From positions 1-64,000 of the forward strand of contig CDROCS010002070.1 of assembly GCA_977020255.1 (NCBI GenBank): a stretch of 64,000 bases of DNA, written 5' to 3'. Under the pieces are notes generated by a model. It saw only the letters and a list, made by a program, of their open reading frames with translations, was not told the origin of the DNA and searched no databases. How positions within the stretch are numbered: the stretch's first letter is position 1; every line of letters starts with the position of its first letter. Below, one piece after another: positions 41,337 through 49,582 of this stretch. Origin of the DNA: Obrimoposthia wandeli (lineage: Eukaryota). The position numbers and the translations under genes are program-made.

Positions 41337-41777
41337 ATGAAAACGATTATCCAATTGATTGCCATATTATCACTCACATTTAGTGCAGTTGCATTCGCCA
41401 AACCGACGATTGAATTATACAAGTCACCGTCATGTGGTTGCTGTGTAGCATGGGCAGATATCATGGAAGAAAAAGGCTATAAAGTGAATGTGCATCATCA
41501 ACGTGATTGGTCAGCGGTGCAGAAGAAGTTCGGCATGCCGAATAATTTACAGTCTTGCCACACGGCGGTTGTTGACGGTTATATGATTGAAGGGCATGTG
41601 CCAGAAAAGGACGTAGCACGTTTACTTAGCGAACGACCGAGTGATATTACCGGTCTTTCTGCTCCAGGTATGCCGCAGCATTCCCCTGGTATGGCTGCAC
41701 CAGGCCAGGACTATAAAGACTTTAACGTTGTTGCGTTTGATAAAAATGGCAACTTGAGCTTATATAAAAAGTATTAA
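41337..41777 (+). CDS. DUF411/CopG-like periplasmic metal-binding protein
   Basis: YKSPSCGCC..W, SCHTA..GY.IEGHVP, APGMPQHSPGM. Confidence 0.88.
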   Translation: MKTIIQLIAILSLTFSAVAFAKPTIELYKSPSCGCCVAWADIMEEKGYKVNVHHQRDWSAVQKKFGMPNNLQSCHTAVVDGYMIEGHVPEKDVARLLSERPSDITGLSAPGMPQHSPGMAAPGQDYKDFNVVAFDKNGNLSLYKKY

Positions 41778-41783
41778 GATAAT

Positions 41784-41818
41784 AAGTCGATAGGGTAGAA
41801 GTGCTGGCCTATCGACTT
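41784..41818. terminator. Bidirectional terminator-like hairpin
   Basis: AAGTCGATAGG / CCTATCGACTT. Confidence 0.7.
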
Positions 41819-41860
41819 CAAGAAAAGTAAACCGCGTTTATCTAAGTAATAATGGCTTAT

Positions 41861-42769
41861 TTACTGTGCCACTTCTTGGTAAACTTTTAAGTCAGTGTGC
41901 AATTCATCTTTCAGCGCACTGAGTTTAAGTGTGCGTATTTTTTTGAATTGATAGACAAACACACCAATGTTAAAGAGAATGCTGATAATACTGATCGTCC
42001 ACATCGCCGCTGGATTATCTGATGATTTAACCGCAAACATCGTGGTATCAACAAATGCAGGAAACGTCATCACAAACATCATCCAGAAACCCAATGTGTG
42101 GGCTCGATGTTGTAACCAAGCGCCTTTTTTGATGAAGAAGGCTGGGATCGTACAAGACAGTAATAAGCATAAACCGGCGTAGAATGAATGGTCTGGTACA
42201 CAGTTATAAACGTAAGCGAAGTTCCAAAGATCATAAGCGATGATCCAGAACCAAAGCATATCTGGCCACACCATATCTTGGTATTTGTCTTTACTAATAT
42301 AAATGCCCACCCAACCACAAATTGTCACGATATTCAAAATACCGGCGATGGCATTCAGGTAATTCCATTGGCCACCAATGATCTCCATACCATCATGCAT
42401 ACCATTGAAACCAGCCGTTTGGAATTCACGCATAACCGCTTCAAAAATATTAAAACCTAAGATGAAGGCAGGGAAAAATAGCAGGTATTTATTCTTTGCA
42501 GCGCCTTTAATGTAACGTAACGCCATAAAGCCAAGGCAACCCGCTAATGCAGAATACGCTTTAACCCATGCAAACCAACTGCCTACCGTTGTGCCTTTAG
42601 CAGCTGTTGTTGGCCATACAAAGAGGGTTAACAGTATTGGTAACACTAAGAAACAAAATCCCGCCGCCCATTTACTACGTCTTGAAATTTCATTAAGCAG
42701 AATTAATGCCAGCGTTACCGTTATCCCAGCTACGACACTATACCAAGGGATTGATTCGAAAAAAAACAT
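41861..42769 (-). CDS. Polytopic membrane protein, DUF5692-like
   Basis: FESIPWYS, WFAWVKAYSALAGC, NIFEAV..EF, DMVWPDMLWFWIIAYDLWNFAYVYNC, WLQHRAHTL; family name from memory; AAGGA RBS. Confidence 0.65.
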   Translation of the reverse strand: MFFFESIPWYSVVAGITVTLALILLNEISRRSKWAAGFCFLVLPILLTLFVWPTTAAKGTTVGSWFAWVKAYSALAGCLGFMALRYIKGAAKNKYLLFFPAFILGFNIFEAVMREFQTAGFNGMHDGMEIIGGQWNYLNAIAGILNIVTICGWVGIYISKDKYQDMVWPDMLWFWIIAYDLWNFAYVYNCVPDHSFYAGLCLLLSCTIPAFFIKKGAWLQHRAHTLGFWMMFVMTFPAFVDTTMFAVKSSDNPAAMWTISIISILFNIGVFVYQFKKIRTLKLSALKDELHTDLKVYQEVAQ

Positions 42770-42866
42770 ACACATTTCCTTTGTTTACCTGAATATAAAA
42801 TGCATCAATTAATGCAAATGAGGGAGCCTACACTGCGGTATTTGTAATCAATTATTAACTTTTACA

Positions 42867-42939
42867 AAACGTGAGTTGGACTCATGTTTATACTACCCCT
42901 TTAGAGGTTGCTGTCAAAATGTAAGGTGGCCTCATGTTT
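42867..42939. promoter_or_regulatory. Two TetR-operator-like dyads 50 bp apart
   Basis: AAACGTGAG-N5-CTCATGTTT (42867) and AAATGTAAG-N5-CTCATGTTT (42917) between divergent DUF5692 and tetR. Confidence 0.55.
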
Positions 42940-43060
42940 TGATTTGTGGTTAATATCACGTAATTACTTGGATCCAGTAACAAGTTAAGCCCTTTAAAAT
43001 GCGGAGATGGATCTAAAGGATCGATGTGTTATTATTTCCCATTAATATATTTACAAGCAC

Positions 43061-43699
43061 ATGGGTTCAGCACTGATGGATTTAAAACAAGCAACAAATC
43101 GTCGAAAGCCAAGTCAGAATCGTAGTAAGGAACGTGTTGCGGTTATTTTAGAAGCTGTGAAGGCGTTGATCGAAGAAAAGGGGATTGCTAACCTAAAAAT
43201 TTCAGAAATCGCGAAACGGGCAAACAGCTCTGAAGGCTCTATTTATCAATATTTTTCAGATAAAGAAACAATCATCCTCTCTTTAGCTGAACACTTTATG
43301 AAAAAGATACATGTTATTGTTGATAAACATATTGATAAGTTAGATAGCTTAGATGACCTCGATATGGTCATGAGCTGTAATTTTGACGATATTTATGCAT
43401 TACATAAAAATGAGTCGGCACTGCGCCAGATTTGGTTTGAATCTGTCGATATCAAATTAATCCATCTGGCGACAGTCGATAGTGAGATGAAAGCCGATAG
43501 GATTTACCAAAGCGTACTTAAATTTGCCACGCCTAAAGATCCTGTACAATTGAAACAATTTATCCTGCTAATGAGTATTCAATTTAGCTCCGTGATCCGC
43601 TTATGTTTTTCCAGTAATGTCGGCACACCCGAACAGCTCAAAAAAATATATGTCGACACAGTGGTTGGCAGTATTACCAAGTACATTGATTTGAATTAA
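43061..43699 (+). CDS. TetR/AcrR-family regulator
   Basis: RRKPSQNRSKER..ILEA..LIEEKG..ISEIAKRA..GSIYQYF.DK; start may be 43076. Confidence 0.92.
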   Translation: MGSALMDLKQATNRRKPSQNRSKERVAVILEAVKALIEEKGIANLKISEIAKRANSSEGSIYQYFSDKETIILSLAEHFMKKIHVIVDKHIDKLDSLDDLDMVMSCNFDDIYALHKNESALRQIWFESVDIKLIHLATVDSEMKADRIYQSVLKFATPKDPVQLKQFILLMSIQFSSVIRLCFSSNVGTPEQLKKIYVDTVVGSITKYIDLN

Positions 43700-43744
43700 C
43701 GATTGGTTGACCTGAATTAACGCTAGATAGCGCACGGTTCGATA

Positions 43745-44374
43745 CTACTCATTAAAACAGATCACTCTATCGCAAACGGCATTGAGCAGATCATCATCAT
43801 GAGAAATGACCAGTAGACCGAGTTGCCGTTGGCCAACTTCCTCGCACAATGCCAGCCAAATATCTCGCTGGGTTAATGGATCTAGCTGCGCAGTGATCTC
43901 ATCACACAGTAAATACTTAGTGGTAGGAGCTAAAGCTCTGACCAAATTGAGTCTTTGTAATTCGCCTCCAGAAAGTTCGCTCGGAAAGCGCTTTAGCCAA
44001 CTGGGATCAATTTTATAGCGTGCTAATTGTTTAGTATCAATAGGATGGCTTTCAGTTAATGATCGCTCTAATGACCAGCGGGGATTAAAGGCAAATTCAG
44101 GCTGTTGGCAGATCCACTGCACACTGTTTGGGCTATGTTTCGTTATTATAGGTTCTATTGCAGGTTCTATCGTTGCTAATTTTAGCTTACATTGTGACTG
44201 TGTCAGCGAGCCTGAATGCAAAGGGTGCATACCCGCAAGTACCATTGCTAGCGTTGATTTTCCACAACCGCTAGGGCCTGTTAGACCGAGTATTTCACCA
44301 CTATGTAATATTAATTTAGGTAACGTAATTAATTGCTTGTCTCTTTTGGCTGTGCCATTAACTAGCTTTAGCAT
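43745..44374 (-). CDS. ABC ATPase (NikE/YntE/DppF-like)
   Basis: GPSGCGKST, LSGGELQR, LLCDE, ISHD; AAGGAG RBS before ATG 44374. Confidence 0.92.
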   Translation of the reverse strand: MLKLVNGTAKRDKQLITLPKLILHSGEILGLTGPSGCGKSTLAMVLAGMHPLHSGSLTQSQCKLKLATIEPAIEPIITKHSPNSVQWICQQPEFAFNPRWSLERSLTESHPIDTKQLARYKIDPSWLKRFPSELSGGELQRLNLVRALAPTTKYLLCDEITAQLDPLTQRDIWLALCEEVGQRQLGLLVISHDDDLLNAVCDRVICFNE

Positions 44375-45098
44375 TACAGCTCCTTGTCCAGTTCGCAGGA
44401 CTCGCATCCCAGAGTGCTTGAGTATAGGCATTGGCGATACCCAGTCTAATCGCTGTGGGGGTGGTATTGTCGACGATATGACCATCCTTTAGCACCAGTA
44501 TTCGATGTGCGACTTGGGTAATGCCTGGCAAATCATGGCTGATGATCATGACGCCTTTTGCTGGATGTATTTTGTCTGGCTGACATAACGCGGCCAGTTC
44601 ACTAAAAACTTTGTTGGAACGGCTTAATTCAAGTCCACAAGTCGGCTCGTCGGCAATGATAAAATCGGTATTTTGTATTAACGCCATTGCCGTGAGCACG
44701 CGTTTAGCCATACCTCCTGAGAGTTGGCTAGGGTAAAGGGTTAATATACTGTCATCTAAACCGACCTTTTGTAACGTAGCGGTTAGCTCTGCTGGTGTAT
44801 TCTGAGATGCATTTGCTTGCTGGATTAATTGTGCACCGACACGTGTACTTGGGTTTAGCGCAGTTGCCGCTTGCGCAACAATGGCAATACTGTTTTTGTT
44901 AGCTGATTTAAATTTAACCGTGCCCTGTAGGTTAAATCCCTGAGGACATGCTCCCAGCAATGCATTTGCAAGAATACTTTTACCACTGCCACTGGCGCCT
45001 ATTATCGCCAAGCATTCACCGCGTTTAACAGTGAAACTGGCATTTTTTAGCAGCTTGTGATGATTATTTTCAATGGTGAGTTGCTCAACGATTAACAT
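44358..45098 (-). CDS. ABC ATPase (NikD/YntD/DppD-like)
   Basis: GASGSGKS, LSGGMAKR, IIADEPT, ISHD. Confidence 0.92.
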   Translation of the reverse strand: MLIVEQLTIENNHHKLLKNASFTVKRGECLAIIGASGSGKSILANALLGACPQGFNLQGTVKFKSANKNSIAIVAQAATALNPSTRVGAQLIQQANASQNTPAELTATLQKVGLDDSILTLYPSQLSGGMAKRVLTAMALIQNTDFIIADEPTCGLELSRSNKVFSELAALCQPDKIHPAKGVMIISHDLPGITQVAHRILVLKDGHIVDNTTPTAIRLGIANAYTQALWDASPANWTRSCNAKAS

Positions 45099-45886
45099 GA
45101 TGATTGGCCCTTTCTAAGTGAGCGAGTGAAGCAAGTTGCATTTTCTGCCAGTAATAATAAGGCCGTGATCAATACCAATCCTGGGAAGAGCGCTAACCAC
45201 CAATTACCGATAATCAAATAGCGACTTGCTTCGGATAATAATATACCCATTGAAGGTTCGTTTGGGTTTAAGCCAAAGCCAAGGAATGTTAATGCCGCTG
45301 CGTGCAGGATCGCGTGAGGTATCAGTAATAACAGACCTGTTAACCATTGTGGTAATAGGTGTGGCACCATGTGCTGTACTAAAACTTGCCAGTAGGGCTT
45401 ACCAAAATTTCTAGCCAATAAGACATAAGGTCGGCGTGTTAGCTGGATCACTTCGGCACGCAATAACCGGGTCAATCGAGGCCAGTGGCTTAACGTAATC
45501 GCAAAAATGACGCCCTGTGAGCTACCTTCTAATGCCAAGGTCAACAAAATCAGTAACAATAAATGTGGTAATGACATCATGGTATCAACCAATAAGTCGA
45601 CAAACCAAGCCAATCGTTGATGCGTACTGGCGATGATTGCGAGGCTAAATGCAATCATCGAACTCATTAATGCGGCAATGCCGCCAACTTGAAGGCTACT
45701 GATAAGTGCTTTCATAGTACGTGAAAATTGGTCTCGTCCAAGCCAGTCAGTACCGAACCAATAAGTGATTGAAGGGGGTTGTAACTTGGCCATTAAATCA
45801 ATATCACTCCCTTGGCTAGGCCAAAAATAAGCGCCAGCAACCAGCAGCAGGAAGCAAATTAAACTTGGGTAGGAGAGATGTTTCAT
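45092..45886 (-). CDS. ABC permease (NikC/YntC/DppC-like)
   Basis: FGTDWLGRD, HWPRLTRLLRAEV, LTFLGFG..PS.G..L. Confidence 0.92.
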   Translation of the reverse strand: MKHLSYPSLICFLLLVAGAYFWPSQGSDIDLMAKLQPPSITYWFGTDWLGRDQFSRTMKALISSLQVGGIAALMSSMIAFSLAIIASTHQRLAWFVDLLVDTMMSLPHLLLLILLTLALEGSSQGVIFAITLSHWPRLTRLLRAEVIQLTRRPYVLLARNFGKPYWQVLVQHMVPHLLPQWLTGLLLLIPHAILHAAALTFLGFGLNPNEPSMGILLSEASRYLIIGNWWLALFPGLVLITALLLLAENATCFTRSLRKGQSSC

Positions 45887-46869
45887 TGCGTTATATCCTG
45901 ACCAGGCAAAAGGGAGTAATGCAGTAAATTAGCGATGCTATTACCCGTAAAAATGAATACCGATGAGATTAAGGTGATGCCCATTAATAAGGCGGTGTCG
46001 CCACTGAGTCCTGCAATCACTAGGGTATTTCCAAGTCCGGGGTAATTAAATACCGTTTCAGCTAATATTGAACCGCCAAATAATTCCGCAAAACTGGCAA
46101 ATTGCAGTACTAAAGCAGGTGTGAGGCTGTTTCTCAATATGTGGTGACGAATAATACCGCAAGTAGATTTACCATGTATGCGGGCATAATTGACATGTTC
46201 ACTGGCTAATACATCCAGTACTTTTTCTTTGGTGTGCAGCACGATGGGCGCTAAACTCGTCGCCGCGAGCGCAATACATGGCAATATCAAGTGCTCTAAA
46301 CGGGTTAACCAAGGTACATTACTTGGATCCATGCCTAATGGAGCAGAACAACAAACAGGTAATACACTCAGCTTGACTGCAAATACATAGATAAGGATTA
46401 AGCCAAGCCAAAAAGAGGGCGTGCTGGCTAATACCCAGGCAAAACGAGTGATCAGCCGATCCCAAATACTGTTTTCTGTTAAGGCTGCAATAAGCCCTAA
46501 AACGTAACCAAAAAACAATGATAATGTCCAACTTGCTGCCATCAATAATAACGATGACGGAAAGCGTTCGATAATAATATTGCTAACGGGTTGTTGAAAT
46601 TTAATCGAAAATCCGAGATCGCCCTGCAGTAAATGTTGACCCCAGATGATGAAGCGTTCAGAAATACTCTGGTCTAAACCTAAATTCTGAGCGAGTAAGA
46701 GCCGTTGTTCATTAGATATTGACATCATTTGATCGCCAATATAATAATTGAGCGGCTCGATAGGTGAAACCGCCAGCAACATGAAGGCGAACAGTGTAAC
46801 CAGTATTAACTGAAGCATCAGTCTCGCTGTCGAGCTGGCAATAATGGTTATTGGCATGTCCATGACCAT
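45883..46869 (-). CDS. ABC permease (NikB/YntB/DppB-like)
   Basis: LGLDQ..QGDLG.S, PSFWLG, HLILP, YARIHG, GSILAETVFNYPGLG. Confidence 0.92.
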   Translation of the reverse strand: MVMDMPITIIASSTARLMLQLILVTLFAFMLLAVSPIEPLNYYIGDQMMSISNEQRLLLAQNLGLDQSISERFIIWGQHLLQGDLGFSIKFQQPVSNIIIERFPSSLLLMAASWTLSLFFGYVLGLIAALTENSIWDRLITRFAWVLASTPSFWLGLILIYVFAVKLSVLPVCCSAPLGMDPSNVPWLTRLEHLILPCIALAATSLAPIVLHTKEKVLDVLASEHVNYARIHGKSTCGIIRHHILRNSLTPALVLQFASFAELFGGSILAETVFNYPGLGNTLVIAGLSGDTALLMGITLISSVFIFTGNSIANLLHYSLLPGQDITQ

Positions 46870-48413
46870 TCAGTAATATTTGCAGTGAGTGGCCAACCAT
46901 GTCCATGAGGTTCTGGTATTGGATCACCAAGATCTAAGCATGAAGACGTAGCGTATAAATGGTCTAAATTGACTAACCAAGTCCAGGGTTGATCTGCCAA
47001 TATTTGCTGTTGAGCCTGTTGCCAAAATGGCAAAGATGCTTCCCAAGACGGGGCATTACTTGCTTGTTCAAGCGCGCGATCAACGAGCTTACTTTTATAG
47101 AAGCCAGTGTTAAAGAAATCGACACCAGCAAAGTCACTGTGATAGACAAAGCGAACTTCTTTTGCTGAGTGGCTACCAAAGCCCATTAATACTGGATTCT
47201 CATGCATTTTTGTCGCAATGAAATCCCAGCTACCAGCAAGTAATTCAATATTAATACCTAAGGGTTTAACCATATCAGCGGCGACAATTGATAATTGTTC
47301 ACGGACGCTATCGCCAGATTTGTATAATAGGGTCATGTTGGCTTCATGGCCATTTTTGTCGATAATGCCATTACCATTGGTATCTGCCCAGCCAGCATCA
47401 CTGAGTATTTTCCGCGCGGCATGAAGGTCTGCACCATTTAGTAAGTTTTGCTCTGCTGGACCCCAAGGCATACCATCAGCAATGGAGTGGGCTGGGCGGC
47501 CATAACCGTTTAATACGCCATTGACCAACAGATCACGATCCATTGCTAGGTTGATTGCTTGTCTAATCGCAAGATCTTGGCTGACGTTGTTGCCATTTAT
47601 TTGTTGATTATCTGTTTTGTTTGGTTTGTTTACTGGCCAAGAAATGCCTCGATTATCAACACTGTCAATTTTCCATAACGCGAGAGGTGGGGTGATCACC
47701 GCTGAAAATCGCTGAGGAATAGCGGCAAGTTGTAATTGACCGGACTTGAGTAAGGCTAACTTGCTGTCTTCATCGGTGAACACAATTAAGATATCTTTAA
47801 ATTGTGGTTTTTGTGCGTAATAGAACGGATTTGCGGTCACGAGTAGTTGCTGACCCTTGTCCCAACGTTTGAAAATATACGGACCAGAACCGATTGGATG
47901 CTGACCATAATTTTCGTCATAACCGTCTTTTGGTACGATACCAAGTGACGTTAGCTCATCGATGAAAGTGATGTCAGGTTGCTTTAGCACAAATTGGATC
48001 TTGCTTGAATCTAGTACTTTAATGTTAACTAGGTTATTTAAATCATGAGTCGTGGCCGCATTCTTTGCGGTCAGATAGGTAAAAGCGATATCTGATGTGG
48101 TGAGATCGACGCCATTACTAAATTTTATATTCGGTTTTAATTCAATGGTCCAGGTTAAGCGGTCGCTTGAAAGTGTCCAGTTTGCAGCAAGGTCTCCACT
48201 GAGTGCTAATTCTTTATTTCGGCGGATCAATGTCGATTGAAATAAAGGATCACCATAACGCCCCCAGCCATAAATAGGATTAAACCCAGCATCCGGCTCA
48301 TTGCCTAAAGATATAATCAACTGTTTCGGTGTGGCCGCGTAAGACTCTGAAACTAAGATTGTCAATGGTGCTGTAATGGCAACCGTTGCTAATAATAAAG
48401 ATGATAATTTCAT
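46848..48413 (-). CDS. Family-5 solute-binding protein, YntA/NikZ-like (probable nickel binding)
   Basis: EPDAGFNP..GW, IGSGPY, R.AIN.A.DR, C-terminal EPHGHGW His motif; divergent from hypB. Confidence 0.8.
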   Translation of the reverse strand: MKLSSLLLATVAITAPLTILVSESYAATPKQLIISLGNEPDAGFNPIYGWGRYGDPLFQSTLIRRNKELALSGDLAANWTLSSDRLTWTIELKPNIKFSNGVDLTTSDIAFTYLTAKNAATTHDLNNLVNIKVLDSSKIQFVLKQPDITFIDELTSLGIVPKDGYDENYGQHPIGSGPYIFKRWDKGQQLLVTANPFYYAQKPQFKDILIVFTDEDSKLALLKSGQLQLAAIPQRFSAVITPPLALWKIDSVDNRGISWPVNKPNKTDNQQINGNNVSQDLAIRQAINLAMDRDLLVNGVLNGYGRPAHSIADGMPWGPAEQNLLNGADLHAARKILSDAGWADTNGNGIIDKNGHEANMTLLYKSGDSVREQLSIVAADMVKPLGINIELLAGSWDFIATKMHENPVLMGFGSHSAKEVRFVYHSDFAGVDFFNTGFYKSKLVDRALEQASNAPSWEASLPFWQQAQQQILADQPWTWLVNLDHLYATSSCLDLGDPIPEPHGHGWPLTANITEWSWTCQ

Positions 48414-48667
48414 TTTTATGATCCTTTATACATTTAGAGTAATCATACTAATATTAAATTCGTGGCCTTCAAAGATAAAAAAGTGTTAAACATCACAGTT
48501 TTATAAAACAGTATTTAAAGGTTAATTTTCATGATCGATGAAACAGCATATTTCACATTTTCCTTACCAAATAAACGTTTTGGTAACATGGGATAGCGTA
48601 TTTGTGACAAGTCGTATCATCCCATGTCTCTGTCATTATCTCCGTTCTTTCTCCTCGTTTAGGTTTC

Positions 48668-48696
48668 ATACATAACAATATTTTAATGTTATGTAT
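48668..48696. promoter_or_regulatory. Perfect 10-bp inverted repeat (operator candidate) between ABC importer and hypB operon
   Basis: ATACATAACA-N9-TGTTATGTAT. Confidence 0.6.
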
Positions 48697-48874
48697 TGAT
48701 TTAAAAATTAAAAAATACGATCAACTTCAAATTAATAGAGTAATTACTCCAAAGTATGACCTACGTCTTAGTAGGTAGTTTGAAGTAAGGGTAATATGGC
48801 CGCATAAAATTTTTAATTATTGATAGGGCAAGAGGAAAAACCTCCCCCGAATTTCATAACAGAGGTGAAAAATC

Positions 48875-49546
48875 ATGAAAAACTTTAAAATTCTTGAGAT
48901 TAAAGAAGGTATATTCGACAACAATAACAAGGAAGCAGACTTGTTAAGAGCTGAATTAAAACAGCAAAATAATTTGTTAATAAATCTGATGTCTTCTCCG
49001 GGTTCAGGTAAGACGACGACGCTGGTAAGCACAATTAATGCGTTAAAAGACGAAATGAAAATCGGTGTTATGGAAGCGGATATCGACTCTGATGTTGATG
49101 CTCACACTATCGCCAATACTGGCACAAAAGTAATCCAACTACATACTGGTGGCATGTGTCATCTTGATGCTGAGATGACGAAACAAGGTCTAGAGGGGTT
49201 AGGTTCAGAAGGTCTTGATTTAACCATTCTTGAAAATGTAGGTAATTTAGTGTGTCCAGCTGAGTTTGATACCGGTGCAGCAAAAAATGTCATGATTTTA
49301 AGTGTGCCAGAAGGTGATGACAAGCCACTTAAATACCCTCTAATGTTCTCTATTTGTGATGTATTACTGATTAATAAAATTGATGCCATGGGGTTCTTTG
49401 ATTTTGATTTAGAAGCCGCGACAACGCGTGTAAAAAAATTAAATCCAAATATTAAAGTTTTTCCTATCTCTGCTAAAACTGGCGAAGGCGTTGAAGCTTG
49501 GACTAACTGGCTTCGTGGTGCAGTGAAAGATTGGCAAGAATCATAA
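48875..49546 (+). CDS. hypB: Nickel-insertion GTPase HypB (short form, no N-terminal His-rich region)
   Basis: SSPGSGKTT, TGGMCHL, ENVGNLVCPAEFDTG, SVPEGDDKPLKYP, NKID. Confidence 0.95.
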   Translation: MKNFKILEIKEGIFDNNNKEADLLRAELKQQNNLLINLMSSPGSGKTTTLVSTINALKDEMKIGVMEADIDSDVDAHTIANTGTKVIQLHTGGMCHLDAEMTKQGLEGLGSEGLDLTILENVGNLVCPAEFDTGAAKNVMILSVPEGDDKPLKYPLMFSICDVLLINKIDAMGFFDFDLEAATTRVKKLNPNIKVFPISAKTGEGVEAWTNWLRGAVKDWQES

Positions 49547-49582
49547 AAATTATAAAAATAGAGTTTTAGCTTTGGAGGCAAT

